Shown: positions 48,411-58,480 of the stretch, one piece after another
Layout: the number at the start of each line of letters is the position of its first letter
How positions within the stretch are numbered: the first letter of the stretch is position 1
Virus record (IMG/VR): IMGVR_UViG_3300009129_001089
Origin: a virus
DNA: 64,000 nucleotides
Strand: one strand, 5' to 3'
The notes under the pieces: generated by a model
The model's input: only the letters and a program-made list of their open reading frames with translations
Told to the model about the DNA's origin: nothing
Databases searched by the model: none
Program-made: the position numbers and the translations under genes

Positions 48411-48652
48411 AGAAGTTTTAATATTATAGAAACAGAAGGGTCAGAAAGCCAAAAAAGGCGTTTAACATTAACTCGCCCTTGCTTAAATTTTTTAAGAGTA
48501 TTTTTTTGAGCTTTCCAACCAGTTCTACCTAACGTCCTGTTTAGGTAATGAACAATAGAATAGAAATGATCTCTATCACGTATGTTCAAAGATACAGCGA
48601 CATATTCTTCTTTGTCTACCTTATAGGCTTTGCCTTTCCTTAATTTTTGCAT
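48407..48652 (-). CDS. Hypothetical basic protein
   Basis: 81-aa ORF. Confidence 0.5.
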   Translation of the reverse strand: MQKLRKGKAYKVDKEEYVAVSLNIRDRDHFYSIVHYLNRTLGRTGWKAQKNTLKKFKQGRVNVKRLFWLSDPSVSIILKLL

Positions 48653-48744
48653 ACCGTATCTCTTAGTATATTAAAAAATAAAACATGTAATCAGCGGTAT
48701 TATTGCCATATACTCAATTTAAGAACGAAAGCAAAATCTTTTTG

Positions 48745-49000
48745 TTTTTAGCCATATCGCGAATAGGCTAAGGTTTGTTGATTTCGCATTTCCTGAACCG
48801 GCTACGATTAATTTTCAACATGCTTGCATATTACAGGCAGAGGTTAATAAGAGCGAACCGAACTTTGTCACATCCTGTTTCTATCGGTAGGCGGACTTTA
48901 TGGTCATTTGAAACACATCTTGATCAAGTTTACTACTATAAACAGCACGTAATTGATTAGATCAGTTCTTCCTGTTTACATGACGATATTTGTCCGCCTA
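48745..49000. ncRNA. Candidate structured intergenic RNA
   Basis: Perfect 9-bp TAGGCGGAC/GTCCGCCTA enclosing GTCAT/ATGAC, AAACA/TGTTT, TGATC/GATCA, GTTTA/TAAAC; further hairpins ACCGA/TCGGT, TGTTGA/TCAACA, TTAGCC/GGCTAA. Confidence 0.5.
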
Positions 49001-49003
49001 AAA

Positions 49004-49759
49004 TTATTTATCTTCAATATACTCTGTTAATTCGTAAATCTTGCCATTAGGGCCGGAAAGAAGGTATTTTCCTGATCTTTTATCAAGTGATGCCATGCCC
49101 ATTTTATCATTATAATTAAATGCTATTATAGTTCGTTGGCCGGGCCCTTTAAATGGATATGCTATATGCCCAATAGATGCTGGAAACAATATTACTAATC
49201 CTGGTTCAGGTTGTACATAATATGAATGATTTATTTCTAAAGTATGCTCATCATAAATTCCGTTACTTAATAAATGTAACATACCATCAGGAAATGTCTC
49301 TGGTTTAATACTATCGGGTACTTCTAAAAATAAAACTGCCGATAACGCACATTGGGGATGAGTATGCCATGCTTGATAATCTCCTTCTTTATATCGTACA
49401 GTCCATAAATTTGTAACTTCAAATTCTCTACTTTTAATCCAATTAGCCGTACCCATATTATGATGCATATCTACATATAATTTTGCGAGGTTTTCTAAAA
49501 ATTTAGTAACTTCACCTCGAACTTTAATCCATTCGTCATCTTCGTATGCATTCCAAGTTGTAAGATCATTCATCTTTATATTACGTTGATATGCATTATA
49601 TGATGATGTATTACCTATTTGATTTGTTATATTTTCTTCTTCAGTTATTTTATCCGGCATTCGGTTGTTTAATTCTAAGAAATATTTAAACACCGGTTCA
49701 TCAGATATGTTAAAAGCGGAAATATGTGTATGGAATATATTACGAGGTTGTATTTTCAT
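49004..49759 (-). CDS. Putative 2OG-Fe(II) oxygenase (TIGR02466-like)
   Basis: W.V.Y..GDYQ.WHTH, LSAVLFL, FPA...H..YPF, R.IIAFN. Confidence 0.8.
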   Translation of the reverse strand: MKIQPRNIFHTHISAFNISDEPVFKYFLELNNRMPDKITEEENITNQIGNTSSYNAYQRNIKMNDLTTWNAYEDDEWIKVRGEVTKFLENLAKLYVDMHHNMGTANWIKSREFEVTNLWTVRYKEGDYQAWHTHPQCALSAVLFLEVPDSIKPETFPDGMLHLLSNGIYDEHTLEINHSYYVQPEPGLVILFPASIGHIAYPFKGPGQRTIIAFNYNDKMGMASLDKRSGKYLLSGPNGKIYELTEYIEDK

Positions 49760-50886
49760 TTTAATATCATTACTTGAGTTCTCATAGGTAAATCCATGTA
49801 TCCTTTTGGAAAATTAAATTTATGAAAATATTCTCCCGGAAATAAAATACATTTATTTATTTTGCCAGGTATAGATTGAATTAAATCATATTCTGTTAAT
49901 GTATGCTGTTCGTCCCATACCGAATCACTTAGTTGTTTATTTGTTTTAAATTTATCTGTTTCTGTTAGTTGACCATAATGCCACGATTCGTAATAAAATA
50001 ATTGTGATATTATTTCTTCTTTTTTTAATTCGTCTTGGGTTATTTTATATCTTTCATGATCAGAAACCTTCATAGGTTTATGTTTCCAAAATTGAATTTC
50101 AGGGATTTCCTTCCATTGAGGATCGGTATTAAAATCTAAAAATATAAAACATACAAAACTATTTTCGGGTAACCATTGGGGCCTATTAGGATGATTTTGT
50201 AATTTTAATCTTTTAGATGTTGGCAAATAATTATAAAAAAAATATGATTTTTTTAAAGCCCCCGGATATATAGGTCGTTCTGCAGAAATAATGTCTAACT
50301 CGGTAGCACTATCATAAAGTCTTTGCTTACATTGTTCACGTTCTTTATTCCAAGAATGACATTTATCTATTTCCTCGGGAGGGACAAGCATACTATCTAA
50401 AAGATGTTTCTCGCCTTTTTCAAAAAGTTCATCCCAACATGCCGTCAAAACATTATCATGATGTGAATTATATGCATCAACATGCATTTCATAATCCCAA
50501 TATGTAGAACTAATACATTGGCTTTCAACACTAGTAACATCTTTATCATACACTTCTTTAATGATAGGTTTAAGTGTGTCTAATGTATTATAATCTGGAA
50601 AAATATCCGACACAGTTCCAGCTGGACCGACAGGTAACAATCGAGGATATAATCTATCTCTTGTTTCAGGTTTTAAAGTTAATCGTTTTTCTATTTCTTT
50701 AAGAACTTTTTTAGATTCTTCTGAATTATCTAAATAATCGTTATTATATTTCCAATAATCAGATTCTTGAGTATGATCTGGACACATGGATCTTAATTCT
50801 TTTAAATCTTCATAAAAATCTTCAAAAGATAATGCTATATTGTCACCAATAACATGTCGAGTATAATTAGTTGTTTTTATTTTCAT
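49756..50886 (-). CDS. Divergent 2OG-oxygenase-like protein
   Basis: EDFYED, F..FIFL, FWKH, K.NKCILFPG.YFH, RTQV; no clear HxD. Confidence 0.45.
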   Translation of the reverse strand: MKIKTTNYTRHVIGDNIALSFEDFYEDLKELRSMCPDHTQESDYWKYNNDYLDNSEESKKVLKEIEKRLTLKPETRDRLYPRLLPVGPAGTVSDIFPDYNTLDTLKPIIKEVYDKDVTSVESQCISSTYWDYEMHVDAYNSHHDNVLTACWDELFEKGEKHLLDSMLVPPEEIDKCHSWNKEREQCKQRLYDSATELDIISAERPIYPGALKKSYFFYNYLPTSKRLKLQNHPNRPQWLPENSFVCFIFLDFNTDPQWKEIPEIQFWKHKPMKVSDHERYKITQDELKKEEIISQLFYYESWHYGQLTETDKFKTNKQLSDSVWDEQHTLTEYDLIQSIPGKINKCILFPGEYFHKFNFPKGYMDLPMRTQVMILK

Positions 50887-51442
50887 AAGGTAGTTTTTCT
50901 ATTTTTCTATAATTTCTACATCTTCCGAATTCATGTATTGCCATTCCACCAATTCGTCTAAATTGGATATTGGGAAAGGAATGAAAGGTCCAGAGAAGTT
51001 GTCTTGTGGTAGCAGATTCCACTGAGAAGTGGCGTTCTGAGCCTCTACTACAATAATGGAGAGATCCTTCGTAGATATTTCTGTATTCTTCTTCTCCGCC
51101 AATGTCAAATCCTATAAGATATATTATATTTGGTAATTGCGTTGCGGCATAATAACATGCTAATGCTCCACAATTCCATTTTTTCCATTTATTATTTGTT
51201 TCGATATGTGTCGCCGAAGGACAACTATATTTATTCGGTGAAATTACTGTATGTGCTTTTGAATAACCACTTACATGAATTTCATTGCACATTCTATCAT
51301 CAACACAAAAAAGAATGTCAGGTTGAAATTCTCTATATATTGCATTACATCCGTATACTATATAATCTTTTTTTAGTTGCCAAAGATCTATATTTTTTCT
51401 ACTAACACCATTTCCGACAACTATAATATCATACTGTTTCAA
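50867..51442 (-). CDS. MptE/DUF115-like Rossmann-fold protein
   Basis: IVVGNG.SR, YGCNA.YR, VD, IYLIGFD. Confidence 0.6.
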   Translation of the reverse strand: MKQYDIIVVGNGVSRKNIDLWQLKKDYIVYGCNAIYREFQPDILFCVDDRMCNEIHVSGYSKAHTVISPNKYSCPSATHIETNNKWKKWNCGALACYYAATQLPNIIYLIGFDIGGEEEYRNIYEGSLHYCSRGSERHFSVESATTRQLLWTFHSFPNIQFRRIGGMAIHEFGRCRNYRKIEKLPYENKNN

Positions 51443-51743
51443 TTTCGACGTTTAGAGGATGGCCTTTAGATCTTGCCAAATGAGTAGTTTCTAATGCTTT
51501 TTGTTCGGCTATTTCATAAAAAAACACACCAGCAGTTCCTTTACCTTTTTCATGAATATCTATCATTATCTTTTCTGCGGCTTCTTTTGAATGATGAAAA
51601 ATAGCCATTAATGCTTCTACAACAAATTCCATTGGTGTAAAATTATCATTAATAAAAATGACTTGATATTTTTCGGGTTCTTTTAAATTTTGAACTGTTT
51701 TTGTATCTTTTTCAACTATAGTTTCAACATCAGGCATGAGCAA
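51429..51743 (-). CDS. clpS: N-degron adaptor ClpS
   Basis: Y.VIF.NDNFTPMEFVV, IM.DIH.KGKG.AG.F.YEIAE.K, HPL. Confidence 0.93.
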   Translation of the reverse strand: MLMPDVETIVEKDTKTVQNLKEPEKYQVIFINDNFTPMEFVVEALMAIFHHSKEAAEKIMIDIHEKGKGTAGVFFYEIAEQKALETTHLARSKGHPLNVEIETV

Positions 51744-51770
51744 ACCTTTTTTTATATTTAGTTAATATGA

Positions 51771-51796
51771 ATGCGGTGCCAGTTTTGACACCGCAT
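51771..51796 (-). terminator. Hairpin after hsp20
   Basis: ATGCGGTG(TCA)...(TGG)CACCGCAT stem. Confidence 0.55.
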
Positions 51797-51806
51797 ATAA
51801 AGTTGC

Positions 51807-52268
51807 TTAATTAACCGTGATAGGAATTACCTTAGGCTTTTCTTCCTCAGGAATTTCCTGTTCTAAATCAATAGTCAACATGCCATTTTTAAGGGTTGCA
51901 TCCTTAACTAGCACATGTGGACCTAAACGAAAAGTTCGCTCAAAAGAACGGTTAGCAATACCACGATGAGCAAAATGATCTTTGTCATCATTTTCTTTAC
52001 TTTCAATTTTACCTTTAACTGTAAGATTGCGTTCTTTTTGTGAAACTTCTATATCATCTTCACCAAAGCCAGCAATGGCCATTGAAATTACCCATTTACC
52101 GTCATCAAGTTGCTCGATGTTGTAGGGTGGATACCCTGTAGACGAACCTGTATATGTGTTAGAAAACTGCTCTAAGTCTCTAAACATACGGTCCATTCCA
52201 ACCGTAAACGGTGTTAGTGAAGTAATGAAATCGCTAAGATTTTCGGTTGTGAGGTGTCTATGTGTCAT
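51807..52268 (-). CDS. Small heat-shock protein (IbpA-like Hsp20)
   Basis: GYPPYNI, A.AGF, HRGIA.RSFER.F.L, NGML.I.L...IPEE.KP; start reassigned to MTHRHL after AAGGAG. Confidence 0.93.
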   Translation of the reverse strand: MTHRHLTTENLSDFITSLTPFTVGMDRMFRDLEQFSNTYTGSSTGYPPYNIEQLDDGKWVISMAIAGFGEDDIEVSQKERNLTVKGKIESKENDDKDHFAHRGIANRSFERTFRLGPHVLVKDATLKNGMLTIDLEQEIPEEEKPKVIPITVN

Positions 52269-52273
52269 AATTT

Positions 52274-52333
52274 TCTCCTTTTTTATAAGCAAGACAGAGT
52301 TAGATTAACCCATTATGGCATTAATCTTCTCCT
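52274..52333 (-). promoter_or_regulatory. ROSE-like RNA thermometer
   Basis: AGAUUAA/UUAAUCU hairpin, then UCUUGCUU pairing with AAGGAGA (SD) with a bulged G. Confidence 0.65.
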
Positions 52334-52349
52334 CATATTATTTATCACT

Positions 52350-52378
52350 ATTATAACATGGTATAATGATAAAGTCAA
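52350..52378 (-). promoter_or_regulatory. Sigma70 promoter for hsp20
   Basis: TTGACT-17 nt-TATAAT with TGn, followed by GATAAATA. Confidence 0.75.
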
Positions 52379-52587
52379 TAATTTTTTATTCTACCTTCAT
52401 ATAATTTTTCCAAGTTTCGTTCTATACGACGAATTGCTTGAGCTTTAAGTCTGCGCCTTTTCTTTGACGGTTTTTCATAGGATTGTCGGTCCCTACATTC
52501 TTTTAACGTGCCTTCGGCATTAATTTTTTTCTTTAATAATTTAATTGCTTTTTCTGCATTATTATTTCTTACTTCAATTGTTAACAT
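52375..52587 (-). CDS. rpsU: Ribosomal protein bS21
   Basis: VR.N..EKA.K.LKKK...EG.LKE.RDRQ.YEKPS..RR. Confidence 0.9.
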   Translation of the reverse strand: MLTIEVRNNNAEKAIKLLKKKINAEGTLKECRDRQSYEKPSKKRRRLKAQAIRRIERNLEKLYEGRIKNY

Positions 52588-53129
52588 TTTAAAATTGCTA
52601 CGATACTTGAACCGACAAATTTAGGCTCTGAAAGGAAATCTGTTTTCAAACTTTTCGATAATCGTTCAAAAAGTTCTAATCCGTGCTCTTTGTATATATA
52701 CCGTTCGCGACCTTTAAATCGAACTACAATTTTTACTTGATCACCTTTATCTAAAAACTTTTTAATTTTGTTTGCTTTAACTTCAAAATCATGGTTATCA
52801 ATTTTTGGTCTAAATTGCATTTCTTTTAACTCAGTCCGAGTTGCACGAGCATTTTTTGCTAGAGCTTTCTTCCTTTGTTGTTCTTTATATACGTATTTAT
52901 TTAAATCCACAATTTTTGCAACCGGTGGATCTGCTTTTTCAGATACAACTACAACCTCTAATTCCCGTTCACGAGCAATTGATATGGCTTTTCTAGTCTC
53001 CATAACTCCCAATTGTTCGCCCTTTTCATCTATAAGCCGTAACATAGGGTGGCTTATATAATTACTTCGTCTGTTGTTTTTTCCCGTAAACGAGGAATGG
53101 TTCCTGTTGTTTCGTGATCGTGTCTTCAT
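52581..53129 (-). CDS. infC: Translation initiation factor IF3
   Basis: [41 protein letters not shown]....FKGRE. Confidence 0.93.
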   Translation of the reverse strand: MKTRSRNNRNHSSFTGKNNRRSNYISHPMLRLIDEKGEQLGVMETRKAISIARERELEVVVVSEKADPPVAKIVDLNKYVYKEQQRKKALAKNARATRTELKEMQFRPKIDNHDFEVKANKIKKFLDKGDQVKIVVRFKGRERYIYKEHGLELFERLSKSLKTDFLSEPKFVGSSIVAILKC

Positions 53130-54294
53130 TTATAACTACCTTTTCTATGCCTTTCTTTTCGTATGTTGGTAAGTTAAATTGCACATCTAATAATGCATTT
53201 TCTATAACTGATCGCAATCCTCTTGCGCCGACTTTTGTATCATTACAAATTTTAACTATTTCTTCACATGCTTTATCTGTAAATTCTAATTTAACATTAT
53301 CCATTTCAAATATTCGTTTAAATTGTTTAATAATGCTATTTTTAGGTTCTTGTAATACTTGTATTAACTGTTTTTTTGTAAGTTCTTTTAAACCTACACG
53401 TACAGGTACTCTACCTACTAATTCAGGTATCATGCCATACTCAACTAAATCGTCTGGTTCTACTCGATTAAAATAATTTGTGTCATCTTGTTGTTCATCT
53501 ATTATTGCTCCAAATCCTATCGATTTTGTTTTGTTTAATCGTTTTTTAATATGCTTTTCTAAATCTATAAATGCTCCTCCTAATATAAACAATATGTTTT
53601 TAGTATCAACTTCTACTATTTCAGATTGAGGATGCTTTCTTCCACCTGCTGGGGGTACACGAACTTCGGTGCCTTCTATCATTTTTAACAATGCTTGTTG
53701 GACTCCTTCGCCGCTTACATCTCTCGTAATACTTGCAGATTCAGATTTTCGTCCTTTTTTATCTATTTCATCAACATATACAATACCTTTTTCTGCCCTA
53801 TCAATATCATATTCTGCATTATGCAATAGTTTAGTTATTAAATTTTCTACATCATCGCCTACATATCCTGCTTCTGTTACTGTAGTTGCATCGGCTATTG
53901 CAAATGGCACATCTAATATTTTTGCTACTGTACTTGCCATTAATGTTTTACCACAGCCAGACGGACCTAATAACAGTACATTAGATTTATCCAATTCTAT
54001 GTCTGATGCTATATGATTAATTCGTTTATAATGATTATATACTGCTACTGATAAGACTTTTTTTGCTTCGTGTTGACCAATGACAAATTCATTTAAATGG
54101 TCGTAAATTGCTTGTGGGGTGTAAACATAATGTTCATTAATTTCACTTTCTTCTTCACTAATAATATCAAAGGAAAGTTTAATACATTCGTCGCATATAA
54201 AAGCGCCGTTGTCAGGACCTTGAATTAATTTTTTAACTTCTTCTCGAGTTTTATTACAAAAACTACAGATAAAGTTTTTAGTGTTCGGGTTCAT
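53062..54294 (-). CDS. clpX: ATP-dependent Clp protease ATPase subunit
   Basis: CSFC...ICDEC zinc finger, [35 protein letters not shown] loop. Confidence 0.97.
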   Translation of the reverse strand: MNPNTKNFICSFCNKTREEVKKLIQGPDNGAFICDECIKLSFDIISEEESEINEHYVYTPQAIYDHLNEFVIGQHEAKKVLSVAVYNHYKRINHIASDIELDKSNVLLLGPSGCGKTLMASTVAKILDVPFAIADATTVTEAGYVGDDVENLITKLLHNAEYDIDRAEKGIVYVDEIDKKGRKSESASITRDVSGEGVQQALLKMIEGTEVRVPPAGGRKHPQSEIVEVDTKNILFILGGAFIDLEKHIKKRLNKTKSIGFGAIIDEQQDDTNYFNRVEPDDLVEYGMIPELVGRVPVRVGLKELTKKQLIQVLQEPKNSIIKQFKRIFEMDNVKLEFTDKACEEIVKICNDTKVGARGLRSVIENALLDVQFNLPTYEKKGIEKVVINEDTITKQQEPFLVYGKKQQTK

Positions 54295-55891
54295 GTGGTG
54301 TATTAATCCAACTCACTTTCTTGCTCTTGCCGGATGCTAAAGATTTTAATAATGACCTTCCTTTACTAACTAATGGTTCTAAAACTGTTTTATTTGTTTT
54401 ATCAACTAATACTGGTACTACTTCGTCGTCTTCTTTTTCTAATTCTTTTGCTACTTTTTCTCTTACTTCAGGATCTGCTTTCTCTAATATTTCTTTTATT
54501 TCATTTATATTCTGTTCTGTTTCTTCATCTTTTTCTGGATGAATAATTCCAGCAATTCCTGGTTCAGGTGATCGTGTTGCTTTTCCTATTGCAGGTCTAA
54601 TATCGTCCCGCTGAACTTCCTCACTTGCTTCTGAAACGCCAACCTCTTCTTCCTCTTTATGTTCAACAACATCTTCATCAACTCTAACTTCTCGCTCAGG
54701 TTCAGGCGGTTCCGGCTCAGGCTCTGGTTCTGTTTCAGGAATTGGTCTTTCTGGTATATCTTCCTGTTCAATTCTAACATCATTATCGTCTTCCTTTCGC
54801 ATATTTAAAGGTTTTAAATCAATATATTGCCGTATAGTCATATTTCCTGCAATAACTAATAATACTGCAAGAGGATCAAAAACAAATATTAATAATAAAA
54901 TAACTCCTCTAACTGCACTATCTAACATACCCGATGCATTATCACCATATATAAATTCTGCAATATATTTTACCGGACCAACTTCTACTTCTAATGCTCT
55001 GTATGTTTTTTCTAAAACCAATTTATCATCCCTAACGCTATCGACTATTACTTGTTCTGCTTCAATAAATCCTTCTAATTCGTTTACACGTTTATCTATA
55101 TCTTCTGTTTTTAAATTAGATTGTTCTTTAAGTGTAGCAATACGTTTATTAACTGCATCTACATCAGGTGCATATCTTTTATCTATTTCTAATAAATCTA
55201 ATTTGAGTTGATCTTGTATTTTACCAATATCTCTACGAGCAATCCATGCAATGCCTCTTTCACGTTGTCGTATTTTATCTATTTCTTCTTGATTGTCACC
55301 TTCACGTTTACTAATAAGTGCTATATCATCTTTTGTTCTTTGATCTGAATCTTTTAATTTTTCTTGTTGTATATCAATTGCGCCTTTGGCAGTTAATCTT
55401 AATGCTTCTTTTTCTGTATCAATACGACTGTATAATCGTTGTAGTTGCTCTTCTTCACTAGCAACTATATTATCTACTCTAACGTTTTCGCCTTTGTTTA
55501 ACCGATCTATTTCATCTGTCCAGCGTGTTATTTTTGCATTTGCTCTAACTAACTTGCCTTCATAAACTGTTATTTGGGCAACTTGCTCTTCAGACATTGC
55601 AGTTTGTTCTAAGTGTGCTTTAGATAAAAACCCAAAGATACCCATAGATGTAATAAACATTAAACCTACTACTGCACCTGTAAGATATATTTTAAGAAAT
55701 CTAGGTACTACCTTCCAATAATTATAAAGCCAACTTGCTGTAACTAATTTACCTACTTCTAATACTCCGCCCATAATAGCAATTGCCAAAGCGGCTCCAC
55801 TAAAAATAGCCATTAGTCCAACAATAGAATACCAGGCGGCTACTCCTGATATTAATAATGCCGTAAATAGCACAAATAAACCAAATATCAT
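54278..55891 (-). CDS. Membrane-anchored coiled-coil protein with an acidic Pro/Glu tail
   Basis: Three N-terminal TM helices, long coiled coil, EVGP.KY.A, FDPLAV. Confidence 0.65.
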   Translation of the reverse strand: MIFGLFVLFTALLISGVAAWYSIVGLMAIFSGAALAIAIMGGVLEVGKLVTASWLYNYWKVVPRFLKIYLTGAVVGLMFITSMGIFGFLSKAHLEQTAMSEEQVAQITVYEGKLVRANAKITRWTDEIDRLNKGENVRVDNIVASEEEQLQRLYSRIDTEKEALRLTAKGAIDIQQEKLKDSDQRTKDDIALISKREGDNQEEIDKIRQRERGIAWIARRDIGKIQDQLKLDLLEIDKRYAPDVDAVNKRIATLKEQSNLKTEDIDKRVNELEGFIEAEQVIVDSVRDDKLVLEKTYRALEVEVGPVKYIAEFIYGDNASGMLDSAVRGVILLLIFVFDPLAVLLVIAGNMTIRQYIDLKPLNMRKEDDNDVRIEQEDIPERPIPETEPEPEPEPPEPEREVRVDEDVVEHKEEEEVGVSEASEEVQRDDIRPAIGKATRSPEPGIAGIIHPEKDEETEQNINEIKEILEKADPEVREKVAKELEKEDDEVVPVLVDKTNKTVLEPLVSKGRSLLKSLASGKSKKVSWINTPHEPEH

Positions 55892-56673
55892 TCCGATAAT
55901 GCCTCCGTTAGTCCAATTTTTGTTATAGTTGTATTAAAATCATGCCATGCATCTTCTACTATTTTAGTAGGTGGTAATTTATAATCTAATCCAACTGGGT
56001 CTATATCAAAAGAATATGAAATTCTGTCTTTTGAAGATTTGTTTACATCTGTTCCGTGTAATGCAACAGAAGGAAATATTACGAACTGCCCCGGCTTTAC
56101 TTTTATATGAGATCTTTCAGCAGGCCCTTTGTTAGGTTCGTATAATAAAAAATGTCCATATGGATCGCCCCTGTCAAACCAAAGATCTCCTTGGTCAGGA
56201 CTATGAGATGGATAATATGCTGAGGCAAACATATGACGAGAATGATTGTGTCCTCTAATTACATCACCTGGTTTTGTTATTGTCGACCAGCATCGTTCTA
56301 TGTATAACATACAATTTTCTGGTGCTTTTAAAGATGCACCTACATACTTTGCATAATCATATGCACATGTCATAATTTTACCTAAAAGTTCCTGAGGAAA
56401 TCCAGGAAAATTATGACACCTATTCATAATCCATGTATGGGCACCAATAAACGATTCTTTATTATCATTATATTTTGTACGGACACCCATTTCGGCACCA
56501 GGTATTTCCCAAAAAGTATCAGCGTGTTCTTGTGAAAATTTATCAAGAGTATATGCCCGTTCCACCAACCATTGGTTTATTGAGTGATGGCAGTCAAGGT
56601 CATATACACCTATTCTAAACCCAAAGGGTTCATATATTTGTCTTTTTATAATTTGCTTATCGGGTTTGGCCAT
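55888..56673 (-). CDS. Putative 2OG-Fe(II) oxygenase (TIGR02466-like)
   Basis: W...KPG...HNH, S.YY, FPS..LHG, RISYSF. Confidence 0.75.
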   Translation of the reverse strand: MAKPDKQIIKRQIYEPFGFRIGVYDLDCHHSINQWLVERAYTLDKFSQEHADTFWEIPGAEMGVRTKYNDNKESFIGAHTWIMNRCHNFPGFPQELLGKIMTCAYDYAKYVGASLKAPENCMLYIERCWSTITKPGDVIRGHNHSRHMFASAYYPSHSPDQGDLWFDRGDPYGHFLLYEPNKGPAERSHIKVKPGQFVIFPSVALHGTDVNKSSKDRISYSFDIDPVGLDYKLPPTKIVEDAWHDFNTTITKIGLTEALSE

Positions 56674-56676
56674 ATA

Positions 56677-57399
56677 TTATGGATGACTATGTGTCGCATT
56701 TTGAATAGTCTCGGTACAGCCCATTTTTCCATATAATGTGGCTACATCCGTATCTAAAACAGGACATGTAATTTCTTTTCGTTGGTAATAAAGTTTATTT
56801 TCAGTACCTGCTGTTATTTTTTTAGGATAATAAACATGTCTAAGTTGGGAAGTTGAAACGCCATTGAACGATATTCCTTCGGCGGCTAATCTTTTTACTG
56901 CTAATGCTCCGGCAGTATATGTTGAATCTGGGTGTGTTGGTTGTTTTGCATATGTTACTGTAAATGTACTTGATGCTGTAGGAACACCTGTGCCTGCAGG
57001 TAATGTTTCACTATCGATTTCAAAACGTACAATTTCTTCTGTTTCTCCTAGTCTAGCAAGCATATTATGAAAACGCATATTACTTCGTTCTATTGCTTCT
57101 GCTTTAGCATCTGTGCTAATATTAGCTGAAGTATATGCAGAACTATCTGCACTTGCAACTGTTCCATTTGTGCTGGAGGCAGTCATAGATCCAGTAGTAA
57201 TAGCATATTCATATAATTTAGGAGTAGCGGCACCATCAGCATTTGAATTAGAAATATTTGTAGTACTATTAACTGTTAGCGGATCATTTAAAAAAGTTGC
57301 ACCTGCATGGTTTTCTCCGGACCCATTTGTTTTACCTTGGGTAGAAGATCCATCTGATCCGTATGCTGGGCTTGTTATTGTAAATCGTTCTTGTGACAT
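56677..57399 (-). CDS. Ser/Thr/Ala-rich probable virion protein
   Basis: Amino-acid composition; AGGAG RBS; TAAATA upstream. Confidence 0.45.
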   Translation of the reverse strand: MSQERFTITSPAYGSDGSSTQGKTNGSGENHAGATFLNDPLTVNSTTNISNSNADGAATPKLYEYAITTGSMTASSTNGTVASADSSAYTSANISTDAKAEAIERSNMRFHNMLARLGETEEIVRFEIDSETLPAGTGVPTASSTFTVTYAKQPTHPDSTYTAGALAVKRLAAEGISFNGVSTSQLRHVYYPKKITAGTENKLYYQRKEITCPVLDTDVATLYGKMGCTETIQNATHSHP

Positions 57400-57421
57400 T
57401 TATAACTCCTAAGTGTTTTAA

Positions 57422-57781
57422 TTATTTATCTTCATTTGTTGGATAAGGGGTAGCAAATCCTTCTTTTATAATTAAGTCATTTATGTTTGTAAGTTCGCCA
57501 TGTTCTTCTTTAACAAAAATAGTTCCTAATATTCTTCCAACTTTACCTCGTTTATTTAACATTGTTCGTACTACAATTTCCTTAGGTAAAATTTCTATTA
57601 ATCTATTCTTTGATGCTAATCCCTTTTCTCGTTCTACACTATCATGTGATTTAGGATCGGGAGCATTAACACCAAATAGTTTGATACGTTGGCCAATATG
57701 GACTTGAAATCCCATATCAATATCGGCATCAATAGTACCCCCATCTATAACTCTTACAAGTCGTGCTTTGTATTCGTACAT
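57422..57781 (-). CDS. Thermonuclease (SNase)-like protein
   Basis: MYEY...RVIDG.TID..IDMGF, G.NAP, GK.GRILG, LI.EG.A..Y. Confidence 0.75.
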   Translation of the reverse strand: MYEYKARLVRVIDGGTIDADIDMGFQVHIGQRIKLFGVNAPDPKSHDSVEREKGLASKNRLIEILPKEIVVRTMLNKRGKVGRILGTIFVKEEHGELTNINDLIIKEGFATPYPTNEDK

Positions 57782-57794
57782 GCATAATCCTCTT

Positions 57795-58472
57795 TTAATC
57801 TAAATTTTCTATATACTTTAAAATTTTATTAATTAAATTTCGCATAGTTTTATTATCTGTATCTTCAAAACTAGAAAGATACGCAACGAAATTTATGCTA
57901 TCTTTTAGAATACTTAAATCACCCGTTCTAAATGCATTTATGATAGTTTCTTTATCATGCCGACGTAACAATTCACTTGCTATATTGTACGAAAAAGCTT
58001 CTACTTCGTCGGGTTTTCCTAAATAATCTCTTTCTGCCTTGCCTTTTTCAGGTCCTGTATATTCAGAGCCTGGATGGCGTAATTTTCTTTTTCTTGCCTG
58101 TCTTTGATGAATTCTTTCGTGTCCTATTGCATCATTAATTCTAACAACCAATTCATCAAAACCTTCTTTAGAGAAACTATAAGTTCTCTGTCTATTATTA
58201 AACAACAAATCTAAATTTGTTGCATAATGATCTGGATCATTCCATTTATCAACACTTTGGGAATAACCAGCATTCATATTTATTTCATCCTTAGGTACGT
58301 TAGATGTGTTTGTAAATTCAACCTCAACTCTATATGGTTCTAACGCATCTTGGACAATACTAGTTAATTTATATTTGTCTAATCGTTGCCCTACTATTTC
58401 TGGCTCCATACTTTTTAATGAAGCCAGTAATTTTTTATGTGCATACGGTTTTGTTACTTCATATATAAACAT
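57795..58472 (-). CDS. HExxH-motif hypothetical protein
   Basis: HERIHQRQ, YL..PDEVEAF. Confidence 0.5.
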   Translation of the reverse strand: MFIYEVTKPYAHKKLLASLKSMEPEIVGQRLDKYKLTSIVQDALEPYRVEVEFTNTSNVPKDEINMNAGYSQSVDKWNDPDHYATNLDLLFNNRQRTYSFSKEGFDELVVRINDAIGHERIHQRQARKRKLRHPGSEYTGPEKGKAERDYLGKPDEVEAFSYNIASELLRRHDKETIINAFRTGDLSILKDSINFVAYLSSFEDTDNKTMRNLINKILKYIENLD

Positions 58473-58480
58473 ACAAATAT

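Noticed and set aside
48660-49000. RNase P RNA, hammerhead ribozyme or group I intron
   Set aside because: Lacks the GAGGAAAGUCC / AGAA..CGGCUUA P4 strands, the CUGAUGA core and recognisable P7 elements
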